Shown piece after piece: positions 35,187-50,000 of a stretch of DNA of 64,000 nucleotides. The notes beneath the pieces were generated by a model. That model searched no databases, was not told the origin of the DNA, and saw nothing but the letters and a program-made list of their open reading frames with translations. Each line of letters starts with the position of its first letter. The first letter of the stretch is position 1. Source of the DNA: Zygnema circumcarinatum SAG 698-1b (lineage: Eukaryota; Plantae; Zygnematophyceae); assembly GCA_037447605.1 (NCBI GenBank), contig CM074806.1:4650001-4714000 (forward strand). Direction: 5' to 3'. Both the position numbers and the translations under genes were made by a program.

Positions 35187-38100
35187 GTTTAGGATTCAGC
35201 GAAACCTTGGGTGATTGATTCCGGTGCTTCAAGGCACATGTGCGTGGACGACTCACTCTTTGCAGAGAAGCAGACTTTGGAGGGAACCCGCTCAGTCTAC
35301 TCGGCAACAGGACAAGGGGTCATGGTGACGCAAAGTGGAACGATCAGGTTGGAGGTGCTCGGGGAGAGAAGCACGCAGAGGGTTGTCCATGTTGGTAACG
35401 TACTGCATACTCCCGGATTACAGATTAATTTCCTCNNNNNNNNNNCAGAGAAGGTGTATGCGGCAACAGCGCGCCCATACAGGAACGGCAAGGGACCAAA
35501 CGCAGCCAGAGATGGTGGAGAGCTGAAGACTCAGAAGACTTGCTACTCTTGTGGGAAGCCCGGTCACTTCAAGAGGAACTGCCCCGAATTTCAGAGAGGT
35601 GGTTCACCCTCGAATGGAGATGCTTCGAAGGAGCAAGAAGGGAGGGGGGGTGATGGCAGGTATCCCAGAGATGATCGCAAGAGGACTCACGAGACGAATT
35701 TGATGTTCACAGATTGGGGAAGTGATGATGAGTTCGTAGGGTGTGTTTGAGTTTAGGATTCAGCGAAACCTTGGGTGATTGATTCCGGTGCTTCAAGGCA
35801 CATGTGCGTGGACGACTCACTCTTTGCAGAGAAGCAGACTTTGGAGGGAACCCGCTCAGTCTACTCGGCAACAGGACAAGGGGTCATGGTGACGCAAAGT
35901 GGAACGATCAGGTTGGAGGTGCTCGGGGAGAGAAGCACGCAGAGGGTTGTCCATGTTGGTAACGTACTGCATACTCCCGGATTACAGATTAATTTCNNNN
36001 NNNNNNTGTTAGTCAGCTGTGTGAAGAGGACTATGGAGTATGGTTTGAGAAGGGTAGTTGTGAGGTTATTCACAAGGAGACAGGTCAGGTCTTGTGCAAG
36101 GGAATTCAACAAGGTGGGCTTTACTTTCTAGAGTGGAAGGAGGCTCAAGGGCTGAGCAGTCCCGCCAAGGATCCTGTAGAAGAACCCATTCACCATAGGG
36201 TAGATCCAGAACAGCTTGGAGGAGGGAAGGGGATGCTAGAGCAAGCAATGAGGCTAAGGGGAGCAGGGGATAATTTCGTGAATTACATTTCAGATAGCCA
36301 GGCTAAGGGGGTTGAAAGACCCATCACCAAAAGGGTGGACATTAGTAGTGGTGAGAATGTGTGCGAATTCCAGGTTCACTCAGAGTTAGTGAGCTCCAAG
36401 GAGGCCGAGAACAAGGGCTTGTTGTATCCAAGCAAGGATGGAGTTGAAGTGGAGGGGTCCTTTCAACCCATGGTAGTGGAGCAGCCTGAGCACAAGGCTG
36501 CAACTACGAAGGATTACCCGGTTGCTGGACCTATGAGAAGTTCAGCGGAAGCGCCCAGGATCGAATGTGGAAGGCGACCAAGTCAAGATCAAGAGGGGGA
36601 AGTTGATCTCTCGGGCCTTGAGATCAAGAGGGGGCAGCTTGTTAGGACATAGGAGCATACACATGGTTGTGGGACACTATGGAATAGTAGTGGTCTCATG
36701 GAAATAGGGCCCATGGAGAACAAAGGAGCAAGAGGGGGATTGTTAGTGTTAGGCTGGTTAGGAACTTGTAAATACACTGAGATTGTTTTGGTACTAAGTT
36801 CTTGGGGGTGTAACTCCTAGTCGGAGCCTGCATGTAGGACCGCCTAGCGACCGGCCTGGGAGATGTGCCGGGGTGTGCGCATGGCAGCGCACAAGATCTG
36901 GCCAGGAAACAGGTGTGCAGGGCGTGGCGGGTGTACGGCCATCAGGCGCGGGTGGTCCTTGGTCGCGGAGGACTGGCTTGGCGGAGTGCGCCCGTGGTCT
37001 TGTGAGGCCGACAAGCGGCTGGTGGTCCGAGCCCGGCCCGGCCTTGGTGGCGTGGAAATGCAGGAGCCAGCCTTGTTCGGTGAAATTACATGGCGCGGCA
37101 GCGAACTCCTTGAAGCGCAAAATTGCAGCGTAGCAGCGAAAAGGAATATGCGGCGAATAGCGGCTTTAGCGCCCGTATACACCCATATAGTAGGTCGGCC
37201 CCGGTTGATAAATGCGGCGAAAATACAAGCGGACAAAAGTATTAAGCTAAAAAGAGCTGTGGCGGCGAGCTATGCGAGCATATGTACAAATAGACAAGAA
37301 CTAGGTCGGTGCTGTCGTAGGTTTACGAGGCGCACTAGCTGGTCGCTATTCCTGAGTGCGCCCACTGAGATAGTGCATGGGCTTGCAATGGCGGACGAGA
37401 TGTGACAACTTGTGTCACGTCACACGGCCATTGTTGTATATGATGGAGGTCTGTTTTGAAGGAATCAACCTTCTCGGGACTCACGTAGGTAGTGAGGCTA
37501 TCTTGCTTTGGGCTTAGAAGATAGTGGGAAGTGTTCAGCTTGTAGTGGGGTGGTGTAATCACGTAGCTTGAGTTTAGGTGCTTGAAGCTTGGCTCTAGAG
37601 TTGTCAGGTTGTATTCATCTTTATATTAAGGAGTTTTAGGCTGGAGGCTTTCTCCTTACATCTTCTCATTTCCGCTAATCTGTTCTACTGCATTCAGTCT
37701 TGTGTGTGTGTCTACATCTTTGAGGAGTGTGGTTGATCAAGTCATTGAAGATGTCGAGCTCTACCGAGGGCAGAGGAGAAGTGGCAGCACCTCGCATGGA
37801 GGCCGCTGCACCAACAAGTGGTATCTGAGCCGAAGGCGTCGACGACGTGAAGTTTACCGACTTTCGATGGGAAGAACTACAAGCGGTGGAAGTTCCGCAT
37901 GCTCACGGTGTTGGAGAACAAGCGACTGTTGGGGTATGTGGATGGCTCCACTGTGGCCCCGGATTCAGTGACCAACCCTGTAGAGTTTGAGCAGTGGAGG
38001 GTGAAGGATTGTAAAGTTAGGACCTTGCTTTGTGCTGGCGTTAGTGAGGACCCGACAGATCTGATTTCAGAGTTAAAGACAGCTCGAGAGATGTGGGATA

Positions 38101-39644
38101 CGTTAGAGAAGATCTATGATGTAGTAGATAACGCCACTGTAGTTTATCTCTACACGGAGCTAGGAAAACTCAGCTTGGAATCAGGGGAGGATCTTAAAGA
38201 CTATGTGATCAAGTTTGATAATCTGATGCAAAAATTTGATGGGATGAAACAGTCCCTTCACTTGGATCACAAGATTAGTCTGTTCCTAGGAGGCTTACCA
38301 ACAGATTTGACCCTGCTTGTACTGCCTTACGCACTCAGCTTTCTACAGCAAAGATGACCTTTGAGCAGGTCAAAAGGAGAGTGATAGAGGAGGATGGTCT
38401 TCAAGACAAGAAGCAGAACAGGTCAAGTTCAGAGAAGGTGTATGCGGCAACAGCGCGCCCATACAGGAACGGCAAGGGACCAAACGCAGCCAGAGATGGT
38501 GGAGAGCTGAAGACTCAGAAGACTTGCTACTCTTGTGGGAAGCCCGGTCACTTCAAGAGGAACTGCCCCGAATTTCAGAGAGGTGGTTCACCCTCGAATG
38601 GAGATGCTTCGAAGGAGCAAGAAGGGAGGGGGGGTGATGGCAGGTATCCCAGAGATGATCGCAAGAGGACTCACGAGACGAATTTGATGTTCACAGATTG
38701 GGGAAGTGATGATGAGTTCGTAGGGTGTGTTNNNNNNNNNNTCCGACTTTCGATGGGAAGAACTACAAGCGGTGGAAGTTCCGCATGCTCACGGTGTTGG
38801 AGAACAAGCGACTGTTGGGGTATGTGGATGGCTCCACTGTGGCCCCGGATTCAGTGACCAACCCTGTAGAGTTTGAGCAGTGGAGGGTGAAGGATTGTAA
38901 AGTTAGGACCTTGCTTTGTGCTGGCGTTAGTGAGGACCCGACAGATCTGATTTCAGAGTTAAAGACAGCTCGAGAGATGTGGGATACGTTAGAGAAGATC
39001 TATGATGTAGTAGATAACGCCACTGTAGTTTATCTCTACACGGAGCTAGGAAAACTCAGCTTGGAATCAGGGGAGGATCTTAAAGACTATGTGATCAAGT
39101 TTGATAATCTGATGCAAAAATTTGATGGGATGAAACAGTCCCTTCACTTGGATCACAAGATTAGTCTGTTCCTAGGAGGCTTACCAACAGATTTGACCCT
39201 GCTTGTACTGCCTTACGCACTCAGCTTTCTACAGCAAAGATGACCTTTGAGCAGGTCAAAAGGAGAGTGATAGAGGAGGATGGTCTTCAAGACAAGAAGC
39301 AGAACAGGTCAAGTTCAGAGAAGGTGTATGCGGCAAAAGCGCGCCCATACAGGAACGGCAAGGGACCAAACGCAGCCAAAGATGGTGGAGAGCTGAAGAC
39401 TCAGAAGACTTGCTACTCTTGTGGGAAGCCCAGTCACTTCAAGAGGAACTGCCCCGAATTTCAGAGAGGTGGTTCACCCTCGAATGGAGATGCTTCGAAG
39501 GAGCAAGAAGGGAGGGGGGGTGATGGCAAGTATCCCAGAGATGATCGCAAGAGGACTCACGAGACGAATTTGATGTTCACAGATTGGGGAAGTGATGATG
39601 AGTTCGTAGGGTGTGTTTGAGTTTAGGATTCAGCGAAACCTTGG

Positions 39645-40589
39645 GTGATTGATTCCGGTGCTTCAAGGCACATGTGCGTGGACGACTCACTCTTTGCAGA
39701 GAAGCAGACTTTGGAGGGAACCCGCTCAGTCTACTCGGCAACAGGACAAGGGGTCATGGTGACGCAAAGTGGAACGATCAGGTTGGAGGTGCTCGGGGAG
39801 AGAAGCACGCAGAGGGTTGTCCATGTTGGTAACGTACTGCATACTCCCGGATTACAGATTAATTTCCTCTCTGTTAGTCAGCTGTGTGAAGAGGACTATG
39901 GAGTATGGTTTGAGAAGGGTAGTTGTGAGGTTATTCACAAGGAGACAGGTCAGGTCTTGTGCAAGGGAATTCAACAAGGTGGGCTTTACTTTCTAGAGTG
40001 GAAGGAGGCTCAAGGGCTGAGCAGTCCCGCCAAGGATCCTGTAGAAGAACCCATTCACCATAGGGTAGATCCAGAACAGCTTGGAGGAGGGAAGGGGATG
40101 CTAGAGCAAGCAATGAGGCTAAGGGGAGCAGGGGATAATTTCGTGAATTACATTTCAGATAGCCAGGCTAAGGGGGTTGAAAGACCCATCACCAAAAGGG
40201 TGGACATTAGTGGTGGTGAGAATGTGTGCGAATTTCAGGTTCACTCAGAGTTAGTGAGCTCCAAAGAGGCCGAGAACAAGGGCTTGTTGCATCCAAGCAA
40301 GGATGGAGTTGAAGTGGAGGGGTCCTTTCAACCCATGGTAGTGGAGCAGCCTGAGCACAAGGCTGCAACTACGAAGGATTACCCGATTGCTGGACCTATG
40401 AGAAGTTCAGCGGAAGCGCCCAGGATCGAATGTGGAAGGCGACCAAGTCAAGATCAAGAGGGGGAAGTTGATCTCTCGGGCCTTGAGATCAAGAGGGGGC
40501 AGCTTGTTAGGACAAAGGAGCATACACATGGTTGTGGGACACTATGGAATAGTAGTGGTCTCATGGAACTAGGGCCCATGGAGAACTAA
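39645..40589 (+). CDS. Copia A protease + tail, last unit
   Basis: Protein near-identical to the C-terminal half of 31473-33176. Confidence 0.75.
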   Translation: MIDSGASRHMCVDDSLFAEKQTLEGTRSVYSATGQGVMVTQSGTIRLEVLGERSTQRVVHVGNVLHTPGLQINFLSVSQLCEEDYGVWFEKGSCEVIHKETGQVLCKGIQQGGLYFLEWKEAQGLSSPAKDPVEEPIHHRVDPEQLGGGKGMLEQAMRLRGAGDNFVNYISDSQAKGVERPITKRVDISGGENVCEFQVHSELVSSKEAENKGLLHPSKDGVEVEGSFQPMVVEQPEHKAATTKDYPIAGPMRSSAEAPRIECGRRPSQDQEGEVDLSGLEIKRGQLVRTKEHTHGCGTLWNSSGLMELGPMEN

Positions 40590-41028
40590 GTACCAAGAGG
40601 GGGATTGTTAGTGTTAGGCTAGTTAGGAACTTGTAAATACACTAAGTTGTTTTGGTACTAAGTTCTTAGGGGTGTGCTCCTAGTCCGAATTGCATGTAGA
40701 GGGGATACTTAGCGACCGTTACAAGTCTTGAGGGGGTAATGTAGCATGGCAGCAGCGCACAAAAGATCCTGGCGAGAAACAGGTGTAATACAGGCGGCGA
40801 GGTGTCACGACCATCGGAAAGCGCGGAGACCAGGTAGCGCTGGCGTCCTGCGGGGCGCTGGCGGTAGTCTCGCATTACGTGAGTGCTGGCGGACTGACAA
40901 GCAGCTGATTGTTGGAAGCTGGCCAGCCCAGCCGGACGTGGAGTCTGAGATGGCCAGCGACTTCTGATTGGTCGCGGCGCGAGCGCGGATCCGCGGAGCG
41001 CAAAGTTGCGGCGCGAAAACGACGAAGG

Positions 41029-44000
41029 TGTGAGAGGGGCAGAGGGATGAGAAGCAAATTCACCTTCCACCCTTTCTCCCTCTTCACTGTCCATGGAAAC
41101 TTCCCTCCTGGTGCCCGCAGCACTCTCACTCATTTTTCACTCACGTGCATACACAACACCGCAGGAATAGAAAAGCGTGGGAGAAGCTCGAGGTCTAAAA
41201 CTCCTTTATGATGACAAACTTTCCAACTCAAGCCCCCATAAGCCTAGTCAAGCTTTCACCACGCAGTCACTTCACCTTCCGTGGCAGCTCTCCACCTGCG
41301 GAGACTCCTCACACCGGGTCCCCTCACATTTGCCCAGCCACATGCACCTTCAAACTGCCATAGCCTTGCAATGCATATCAAGAAGGTTTTTAACACACAC
41401 CCCTCTCACTATATGAGTATGGAACTTGACGTGACCCGTATAAGAATCACACGCCTTGAGACCGCTAAATACAACAACCTTATTCAAGCGACCTAAATAA
41501 ACTACTTGGGTGTCTTGCTATGCATAGTACGCAGCGGCAACGTACCAACACCACCATTTTCCCAGCAGATGGCCATGTACTCTACGCCGAGCTGAACTTC
41601 GTAGTCACCCGCAAGGACTATCTTCGATGCGCCAGAATGCAGCTCCGCCGCCCTCCACCGACTCATGCGTCTTTCGCCGCCCGCATCATTCTCGATTCCA
41701 TTACTCGGGGACCGATTCCTCGGCCTTGGTACCAAATGTCGGACTCCCGGCCGTACTGTCGTACCGACCGTACTGTCCGTACGGTCCATACTAATATCCG
41801 GCCACGGTTGCGCGGTCGGTCTCGCCGCCAGCGCCGCAGCTAGTAAGTCCGTCCCCATACATGTGTCACACCTAGAAGCACACCCTAGGAACTAAGCGCC
41901 AACACAAACACTATCGAACTAGCCCATGTACACTAACATTCCCCTCTTTTGGCACTTTAGTTCTGAGAGGCCCCAATAATGAGATCGAATTAATCACCTC
42001 AAGGTCTCACCAACTGGCTGCCAGCCGTCCCGACATATCGGTACACGCCTGCTCCACGAGTTCAATGAACTTGTCGACAAGTCCCTCTCTCACCTCTTGT
42101 CTCACGTAATGGTATTGGATCCGGAAATGCTTGCTCCGCTTGTGGAACACCGGATTCCCCATTAGAGCAATAGAGGACTGATTGTCCGTGAAGAGTGGTA
42201 AGGGGAGCTGAGGCCGCTCCCACACTCCCCAAGAAGTTCCTTTGCGACCACACACACACACTCTCGCGCATGGCAAAGTACCATATATACTACCTTGATC
42301 TTTGGAGAGGGGCCAGCGAAGGCGCAAGATGAGTTCCAGTGATGGCCCCACCTGCATTGAAAAATATCCGGATGTGGGCGGGATGAATCCAAATCCCCTC
42401 CCGGTCGGCGTCTGTATAGCCACCATAGACTGTTGCGAGGTCCCCTCCCGAGCACGAGGCCATAATCGGTTCCTTGAAACTACGCTTGACTCCTTCCCAA
42501 TGCTCCTCGCGGGGTTCTCCATGAATCACTTGCCGTTGCTCACGACTTTCGCAGGTCAGGGCCTGCGTGCACGTCATCAAATATGGGCTCCCGTCGCGGT
42601 CGATATGGCACTCGGCCATTGCCTTTGCCTCCTCCTCTGTAGACGGGGACATCTCCTTCGTGAAGCGAACTCCAGCCTCCATGGGACTTGTGCATGGCCT
42701 GCACTCCCACATGTTGAACTTCCGCAACACATCTTCTGCATACTTCCTTTGACAAAGGAATAGTGAACCATCTGGCCCCCTCTTCGGCTGGATCCCCCGG
42801 GAATATTGGGCCTCTCAAGGTCGATCATCTGGAAATTCTCTGCAAGAGCTCCTTCCAGCTTCTGCAATCTTTGCTTGAGAAGAGACTTGCTAATCATGAT
42901 GGTCATCCACGCAGACCCCAACAAACAACTTATCCATCATCTTTGCCAAGCGGTACACACAGAGTATCGGTCTCAAAGCGATCAAACCCATAGCCACAGC
43001 AGAGTTCATCGATCTTCTCATACCACCGCCTTGAGGCTGCTTCAGCCATACAAACTCTTCACGAGTCTGCACACAAGGTTCTCCTTTCCCTTCTCGCACT
43101 TCCCCTCCGGCTGCTCCATGTATATCTCTTCATCAAGATCTCCATACAAGAAAGCAGTCTTGATGTCCAAGCGGTGGACATGCATCCCCTCGCGGTACAA
43201 TAGAAATGAGGGAGGCGGGAGGGTTGAACGCACCCGCGAGGAGCAAGGTCTGCATTGTAGTCAATCCCTCGCCCATTTGTAGCCCTTGGCCTGAAGTCGC
43301 GCCTTGGCCTATCAATGCTGCCGTCCGCCTTCCTCTTAACCTAGAACACCCATTTGCAGCCGATGGCACGCCTCCCAGGTGGGAGCTTCTCCAAGCGCCA
43401 AGTCAGATTCTCAATCAGACTGTTCCACTCACTATCAATGGCCTCCTGCCACTTGGTCTGATGCGACCCCTCAACGGCTTCCCGGTAAGTGCGAGGCTCG
43501 CGGCATGGGCCGTAGCAACGATGGGTAATCATGTCCATGTCACCTGAGAATGATGCAGAATGATCCTGGGCATTCTTTCGTGCTTTCTTCCGCATGCGCT
43601 TCGTAGGCACAGCCGGACTGAAACGATTTGGAGGCCGCCTGGTCCTCCCACTTGTCTTCTCCATCACAGAGGGATGCTCTTCAGGCTGCTCCACAGCTCG
43701 CATTGGAGCTGACACTTCCTCCTCTGGCTCATCAGCCATCTCCTCCGGCAACTCTTCGTGCGCGCTGCCGCGGCGGGGACCTGAAGCCACCAGCATAGGC
43801 ATCGGCGGCGCCTCTCTCGTGGCGGAGGTCTCCTCACGGGGAACCGTGGCTGATGCCTCCACGATGGTCCCACAGAGATCACGCATGTCTCCCAATGTGG
43901 AGAACCCAGGGAGTAAAGGTGCCGGTTTTGTCTCATCATCACTCTCTGACTCTACAGGCCGTCGTGAATGAATGGGCGTGGCACTCTCCTCCGTCTGAGC

Positions 44001-47000
44001 TTGAGTGGCCACTGGCACCTTCTCCTGCTCAGGGTGACTCACGATCACTTCACCTTCATAGGTGAATCCGAGTGGACACGACTCATCAGCACGCCTCCAT
44101 GAGTGGGTAAAGGGAACGTGTGGAGCCTCCTCGTCCACCCTAACGTCCCTGCTGATCTCCACCTTCTTGGTCTCCAAGGCTATACACCACATGTAAGCCG
44201 CAATCCTTTGGCGTATCAAGAAAGAAGCCCCTCCTTGCCCTTGGGAAAAACTTCCCTCCAGCCTTTGGCGACCTTAGGTATAGCATACCAACACTGATCA
44301 AATGCTTTCAAGTGTCCCACGGTGAGCTTCGTCCCCTCCACACCTCATCGAACTTCGATCCTCCAAGACCCGATGTGGACACATTCCTCCACATAAGCGG
44401 CGGTCATCAACTGCTTCTCCCAAATGTCACGCGAGTAGTGAGTCATGCAGCATCGTCCTTGCCATGTCTCAAGTCTGTTCATCTCTCTGCAACTCCTTTC
44501 TAGCGGTGAGTATGGAGGCAGAACTCTATGATTCCCAAGCCTCTCAAATACTCATTGAACACCTTGTTCTTGAATTCTCCTCCATTTTCTGAACGGAGGT
44601 TCTTGAGTAGATGGCCGCTCTCCCTCTCTACACGCATCTTCCAAGCTCTGAAGGCTGGATAAGCGTCAGACTTCTGTGTCAAGAGCACCACCCAAATCTT
44701 TCGTGAGTAGTCATCAAGGAAAGTGATGAAATATCGACTTCCTCCCAAACTCGCCGGGGTGATGGGGCCACAAATTTTTGTGATACCTGGCGCCAAACCA
44801 TGGCGGCGCCCTCCCATCTCCTCTTAGCACGAATGGCCCGGATCTTCCCTTTAATCGCGGTCTTCGCCAAATCGTGGATCAACGCCGCACCCTCAAATTG
44901 AAACCGGACCAACCCCTTGAGCTTCGCTCGCATGGCTCGAAAACTCACATGCCCAAGCCTCCTATGCCATACGCACCTCATCGCGGGTCATAAGCAGCCC
45001 GACTCTCCCTTCTTCGCCGGGGCTTACTCCTTTGTAAGACGTCACGGGGCCCTCTCTCCGGTGCCACGAAATAAGACATTCCCGGTTTCTTATGTCTATG
45101 CCGCGATTCTGCTTATCAAGGTAGTGAGTAACCCACATGGCACACTTGTCCCCACCGGACACAAAGTTGTCGCGCAACCCGAGGGGGTATAAAGCAACGT
45201 TACCAATCATGGTAGCTGCCCCTTCACTCTCTCCTCCTAAGACGATCCTCACGTCGCCTCCGCTGGTCACCTTCACTTCCTCACCAGTCGCTGACTGAAC
45301 TGAACGAGGGGCCTGGAGCGATCTCATCTCGTAGAACAACCCCGATGCGCACACGTAATGCGTTGGCTGAATCAATGAGCCATGGCCTACCGGGTCCTTC
45401 ACATTACTCCCCACAAACTCCACATGCTCCTTCTCGGCAAACGCCGGGTTTGTATGGTAGCAACGCCGCAATCAATGCTCTTGTGACCCTTCTTCTTGCA
45501 CTTGAAACAGCGCACGTGAACTTTCCTTCTTGCTTTCGACCGTTTTGGCGTCTCCTCTCCCTTCACTTGGGCCGCCTTGCGGAACGGCGCACTCGTTGGA
45601 GTAGTGACGGCTTCCCACAAATTGGCGCGTATTTGGGAGATCTCCGCCCTCACTCCTTTAAGCCTTGCCTTTCCCAGGCTTCCCCTTCATCGCCAACTGC
45701 GGCTCTCACTGCGCGCTCCCGTCGCGAAGAGCTCCTCTTCTGAAACGCTTCTTCACACGCTCAAAGGTCAAAGAAAGTGGTAGAAGCTATTGAAGAGCGC
45801 ATGTACTTGGAATCAAAGCACGGCCCAGGCAAACCAACCAAGAGCGGTGATCTTATGATCGACTCAAGACCCTTGCCCATCACCAGCTGCATGAGGGCTG
45901 TCAAAGCGCCCCATGTAGTCGGTCGGCTTCTCATCAGAAGCTCATCTTCATCTTCAGGGGAAGCTCGGGTGTCACCGATTTTTCTTGTGGCTGTCCTTAC
46001 GCTGTCATTACATGTCCTCCAAACACCATCTCGTTAATGACGTCTTTGAGGTCATTAGAGCATCAATGTGGCGTCCCCTTCATTGCAATGAGTGATGGCC
46101 TTGTTGTCACGGGCCTTCCAATTTGCAAGCTCCTCCACGGATGTAGCGGCGGCGCCTTTCACCTTCAGTCACATGACCAAAGTCCCTTCCCTTACAAGAG
46201 TATGGGGTCGGCCGCCACTTCCATCCCTTGTAGTCGTCCCATCAAATCACGAGGGACATTAAACCACACTAGCCCGGTTTCCTCTTCACCATGAGCTCAC
46301 GATACCACTTGTGAGAGGAGGGATGAAACAAATTCACCTTCCACCCTTTCTCCCTCTTCCTTTGTCCATGGAAACTTCCCTCACGGTGCGCTGACGCACT
46401 CTCACTCATTTTCACTCCGCGTGCATACACAACACCACGGTAGGAATAAAAACGTAGGAGAAAGCTCCCAGCCTAAAACTCCTTTATGATGACAAGCTTT
46501 CCAACAAAGCCCCCATAAGCCTAGTCAAGCTTTCACCACATGATCACTTCACCTTCACGTGAGGCTGACTCTCCACACCGCGAGGAGCTCACTCACAAGG
46601 TCCACCTCTGTTGCCAAAGCCATGCCTTCAAACTGCATAGCCTGCAATGCATATCAAGAAGGTTTTAACACACACCCTCTCTCACTATATAGTATGGGGC
46701 GCAGCAGCGTGACCATGTCCGTCACGCGAGACCACTCATGCAACAACCTTATTCAACGACCATCATGCGCCGTGTAACTTTGCTACAGCCATAGTACACC
46801 CAGCCTGGCAGCATTACCAACACCACCGCTCAACGGATGGCCATATACTCTACGCCCGGGCTGGGCTTCCGCGTCACCCTGAGGACTATCTTGAAATACG
46901 CCAAAGAATGCAGCTCCAGCGCCTCCACCGACTCCAGCCCGTCTTCGCCGCCGCATCATTCCTCGATTCAGTACTTTCCGGGACCCGATTCCTGGCGCTT

Positions 47001-50000
47001 GATGACTTAATGTCCGGGCTTCCCGGCCGTATCCCGTACCGACCGTACTGCATCCGTGACCTGATTACCGCTACTATCCGTACGGTTGCGGTCGTCTGCG
47101 CATACCGCGCCGCTGAAAATGAAGTCCGTCCCCATACATGTCACACCTAGAAGCACACCCCTAGAGGCCCAGCGCCAGCACAAACATCTTATCCCCGAAG
47201 ACTAACTATATATGCAATTACTTACATTTTCCCCTCTTTGGCACTTTAGTTTCACGAGAGGCCCATTAATGAGATCCGAATTAATCCTCAAGGTCTCACC
47301 ACTGACTGCCTTCGTCAGCATGTCGGCTGCCTGCTCCCTGGTTCCAATGAACTTGATCTCACCGACAAGTCCTCTGCGCCTCTTGTCTCCGCATTAATGG
47401 TATTGGATCCGATAGCACGCTCATGGCGGAACACGGTTCCCCATTAGGCGGCAGAGGACTGATTGTGGTGAAGGTAGTAGGGGCTGAGGCCCTCACCTCC
47501 CAAGAGTTCCATACAGCCACCTCTGCATTTGCGCTGGCAGAAGCCTACCTGCCTGCTGCCGATGTTTGGAAGGCCGATTTGCAAGATGGAGTTCCACGTG
47601 ATGGCTACCTACGCATTTTCAAGAAAAGCAATGTCTGAATGTGGAGGCGGGATGAATCCAAATCCCTCCCAGTAGGCACAGCATAGCCATAGGCTTCATT
47701 TTGCAGTCCCCCTCGTCCAAACCCCGAGGCCACTTAATCCACGGTTCCTTGAGAAGCCCGAAATATACGCTTGAGCTCCTTCCCGATGCTCCTGCGCCGA
47801 GGTTCTCCATGAATGCGCTGCGGGTAACCGCGACTTTGCGGGAGTCGGGCCACCGTTGCAAACTCATCCCAAAATGCTGAGAGCAATGGAATCGATGATA
47901 TGGCACTCCGGCCATTGCCTTTGCCTCCTCTGGCACGAGGACATCTGTACGGCGAACTCAACCCTCCATTGGGACTTGGCCTGCACTTGGCTGCTCCCAT
48001 GTTAGAACTACCAACACATCTTCACTGCTACCAGCACGACTGCAGGAATAGTGAACCATCTGGCCCCCTCTTGGTGGATCCCAAAGAGATGTGGGCCTCT
48101 CAAGGTGATCATCTGGAAATTCTCACTTAAGAGCTCCTTCAACTTTCTGCAATGCTGCGAGACTTTGCTAATCATGATCCAGTCTGTCAGCATGGAGCCC
48201 CAATGAGCAACATATCATCATCTTTTGCCAGCCCGGTACACACAAGAGTATAGGTCTCAAAGCGATCAAAACCCGCAGCCTGTAGAGTTCATCGATCTTA
48301 CTCATACAGCGAGGGGCTGCTTACGGCCCATACCAAACTCTTCACAGTGCGCACACAAAGTTCTCCTTTCCTTCTCGGCGTTTTCCCCTCACGGCTGCTC
48401 CATGTATCTCTTTAAATAAGATCCTCCACTTCACAAGAAGCGATCTTGATGTCCAACTGGTGGACGTACATCCCCTGACTCTGATAGAAATATGAGGGAG
48501 GCGGAGGTTGAACTTCTGCGAGGAGCAAGGTCTCGTGGTCGATCCCTCCTTAGAGCCCTTGGCCACCGTGGCTGCGCCTTGTACTGCCTATCAATCTTAG
48601 CGATCCACTTTCCTCCTTAACCAGAGACCGTTGGCGGAGTAATGCGCCTCCCAGGTGGGAGCTTCTCCAAGCGCGAGTGGGTTATCTGATAAGAACATTT
48701 CCTCTATATCAGTGGCCTCCTGCCACTTGATGCGTCAGCCCTCAGCACATTTCCACGGTAAGGAGTCGGGGCTCCAGCGGCATGGGCCGTATAACGATAG
48801 ACATCGTGTCCATGTCACACGAGAATGATGCTGAGAATGATCACGGGCATTCTTTACCGTTGGCTCTTCGCATGTAAACCCGGTAGAGCACAGCGGTTGC
48901 GGGAAACGATTTGGAGGCGCTTCGGTCCTCCCACTTGTCTTCTCCATCCACGGAGGGATGTCTTGACTGCTCACAGCTCGCATTGGGTGACACTTCCCTC
49001 CTCGGCTCATCAGCCATCCTCCGGCAACTCTTCATTCGCCCATTTGCCGCGCGTGGTTGCAAGCCACCACCAACTTATCGCGGCATGCTGGCCGCCCTCC
49101 TCTGTGGCGGAGATTCTCCTCACGGGGACTTAAGTAGCTGATGCCTCCACCCGATGGTCCCACTGGGGCTCCTGCATGTCTCCCCAATGTGGAGAACCCA
49201 AGGGAGTAATGGTCACCGGTTTCGTCTCATCATCACTCTCTGACTCTACAGGCCGTCGTGAATGAATGGGCGTGGCACTCTCCTGCAAATGCGAGGCTTG
49301 AGGTGGCCAGCGGCACCTTCTCCTTTCGGGGTGACTGCTGTCACTTCCACCTTCCCTTAGGTGAATCCAGTGGACACGACTCATCAGCACGCCTCCATGA
49401 GTGGGTAAAGGGAACGTGTGCGAGCCTCCTCGTCCACCCTAACGTCCCTGCTGATCTCCACCTTCTTGGTATCAAGACTATACACCCTGTAAGCCCTGCA
49501 ATCACTGGCGTATCCAAGAAAGAAGCCCTCCTTGCCCCTTGGGAAAAACTTCCCTCCGCGTAGCGACCTTCGATTGTCGCGCCACCAACACTGATCCAAA
49601 TGCTTTCAAGTGTCCCACGGTGGGCCGTCCCACTCCCACACCTCATCAGAGCACTGATCCTCCAAGACCCAGGTAGCGGACACCATTCCCATAAGCAGCG
49701 GTCATCCTTTGCTTCTCCCCAAAATGTCACGGAAATAGGTGAGTCATGCAACATCGTCCTTACCATGTGTCTCCAAAGTCACCATTCACTCTCTCTGCAA
49801 CTCCACCGCGGTGAGTATAGGCGAAGAACTGCTGATTCCCAAGCCTCTCAAATACTCCTTTGAACACGCGAATTTCTTGAATTCTCCTCCATTATGCGAG
49901 CGGAGGTTCTAGCGAGTAGATGGCCGCTCTCAGGCTGCGCGCATCTTCCAAGCTCACGAAGGCTGGATAAGCGTCAGGACTTACGTGTCAGAGCACCACC

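Noticed and set aside
35184-35195. Programmed stop read-through between Gag and protease
   Set aside because: Copy 1 has CGA at this codon and there is no CARYYA-type context; best explained as a CpG C-to-T mutation.
34880-36006. About 560-bp internal duplication of gag-PR around N gaps 35436-35445 and 35997-36006
   Set aside because: The repeat starts exactly at a 10-N spacer and is near-identical; typical unmerged contig overlap.
37857-39620. About 880-bp gag duplication around N gap 38732-38741
   Set aside because: Same gap-associated overlap artefact.
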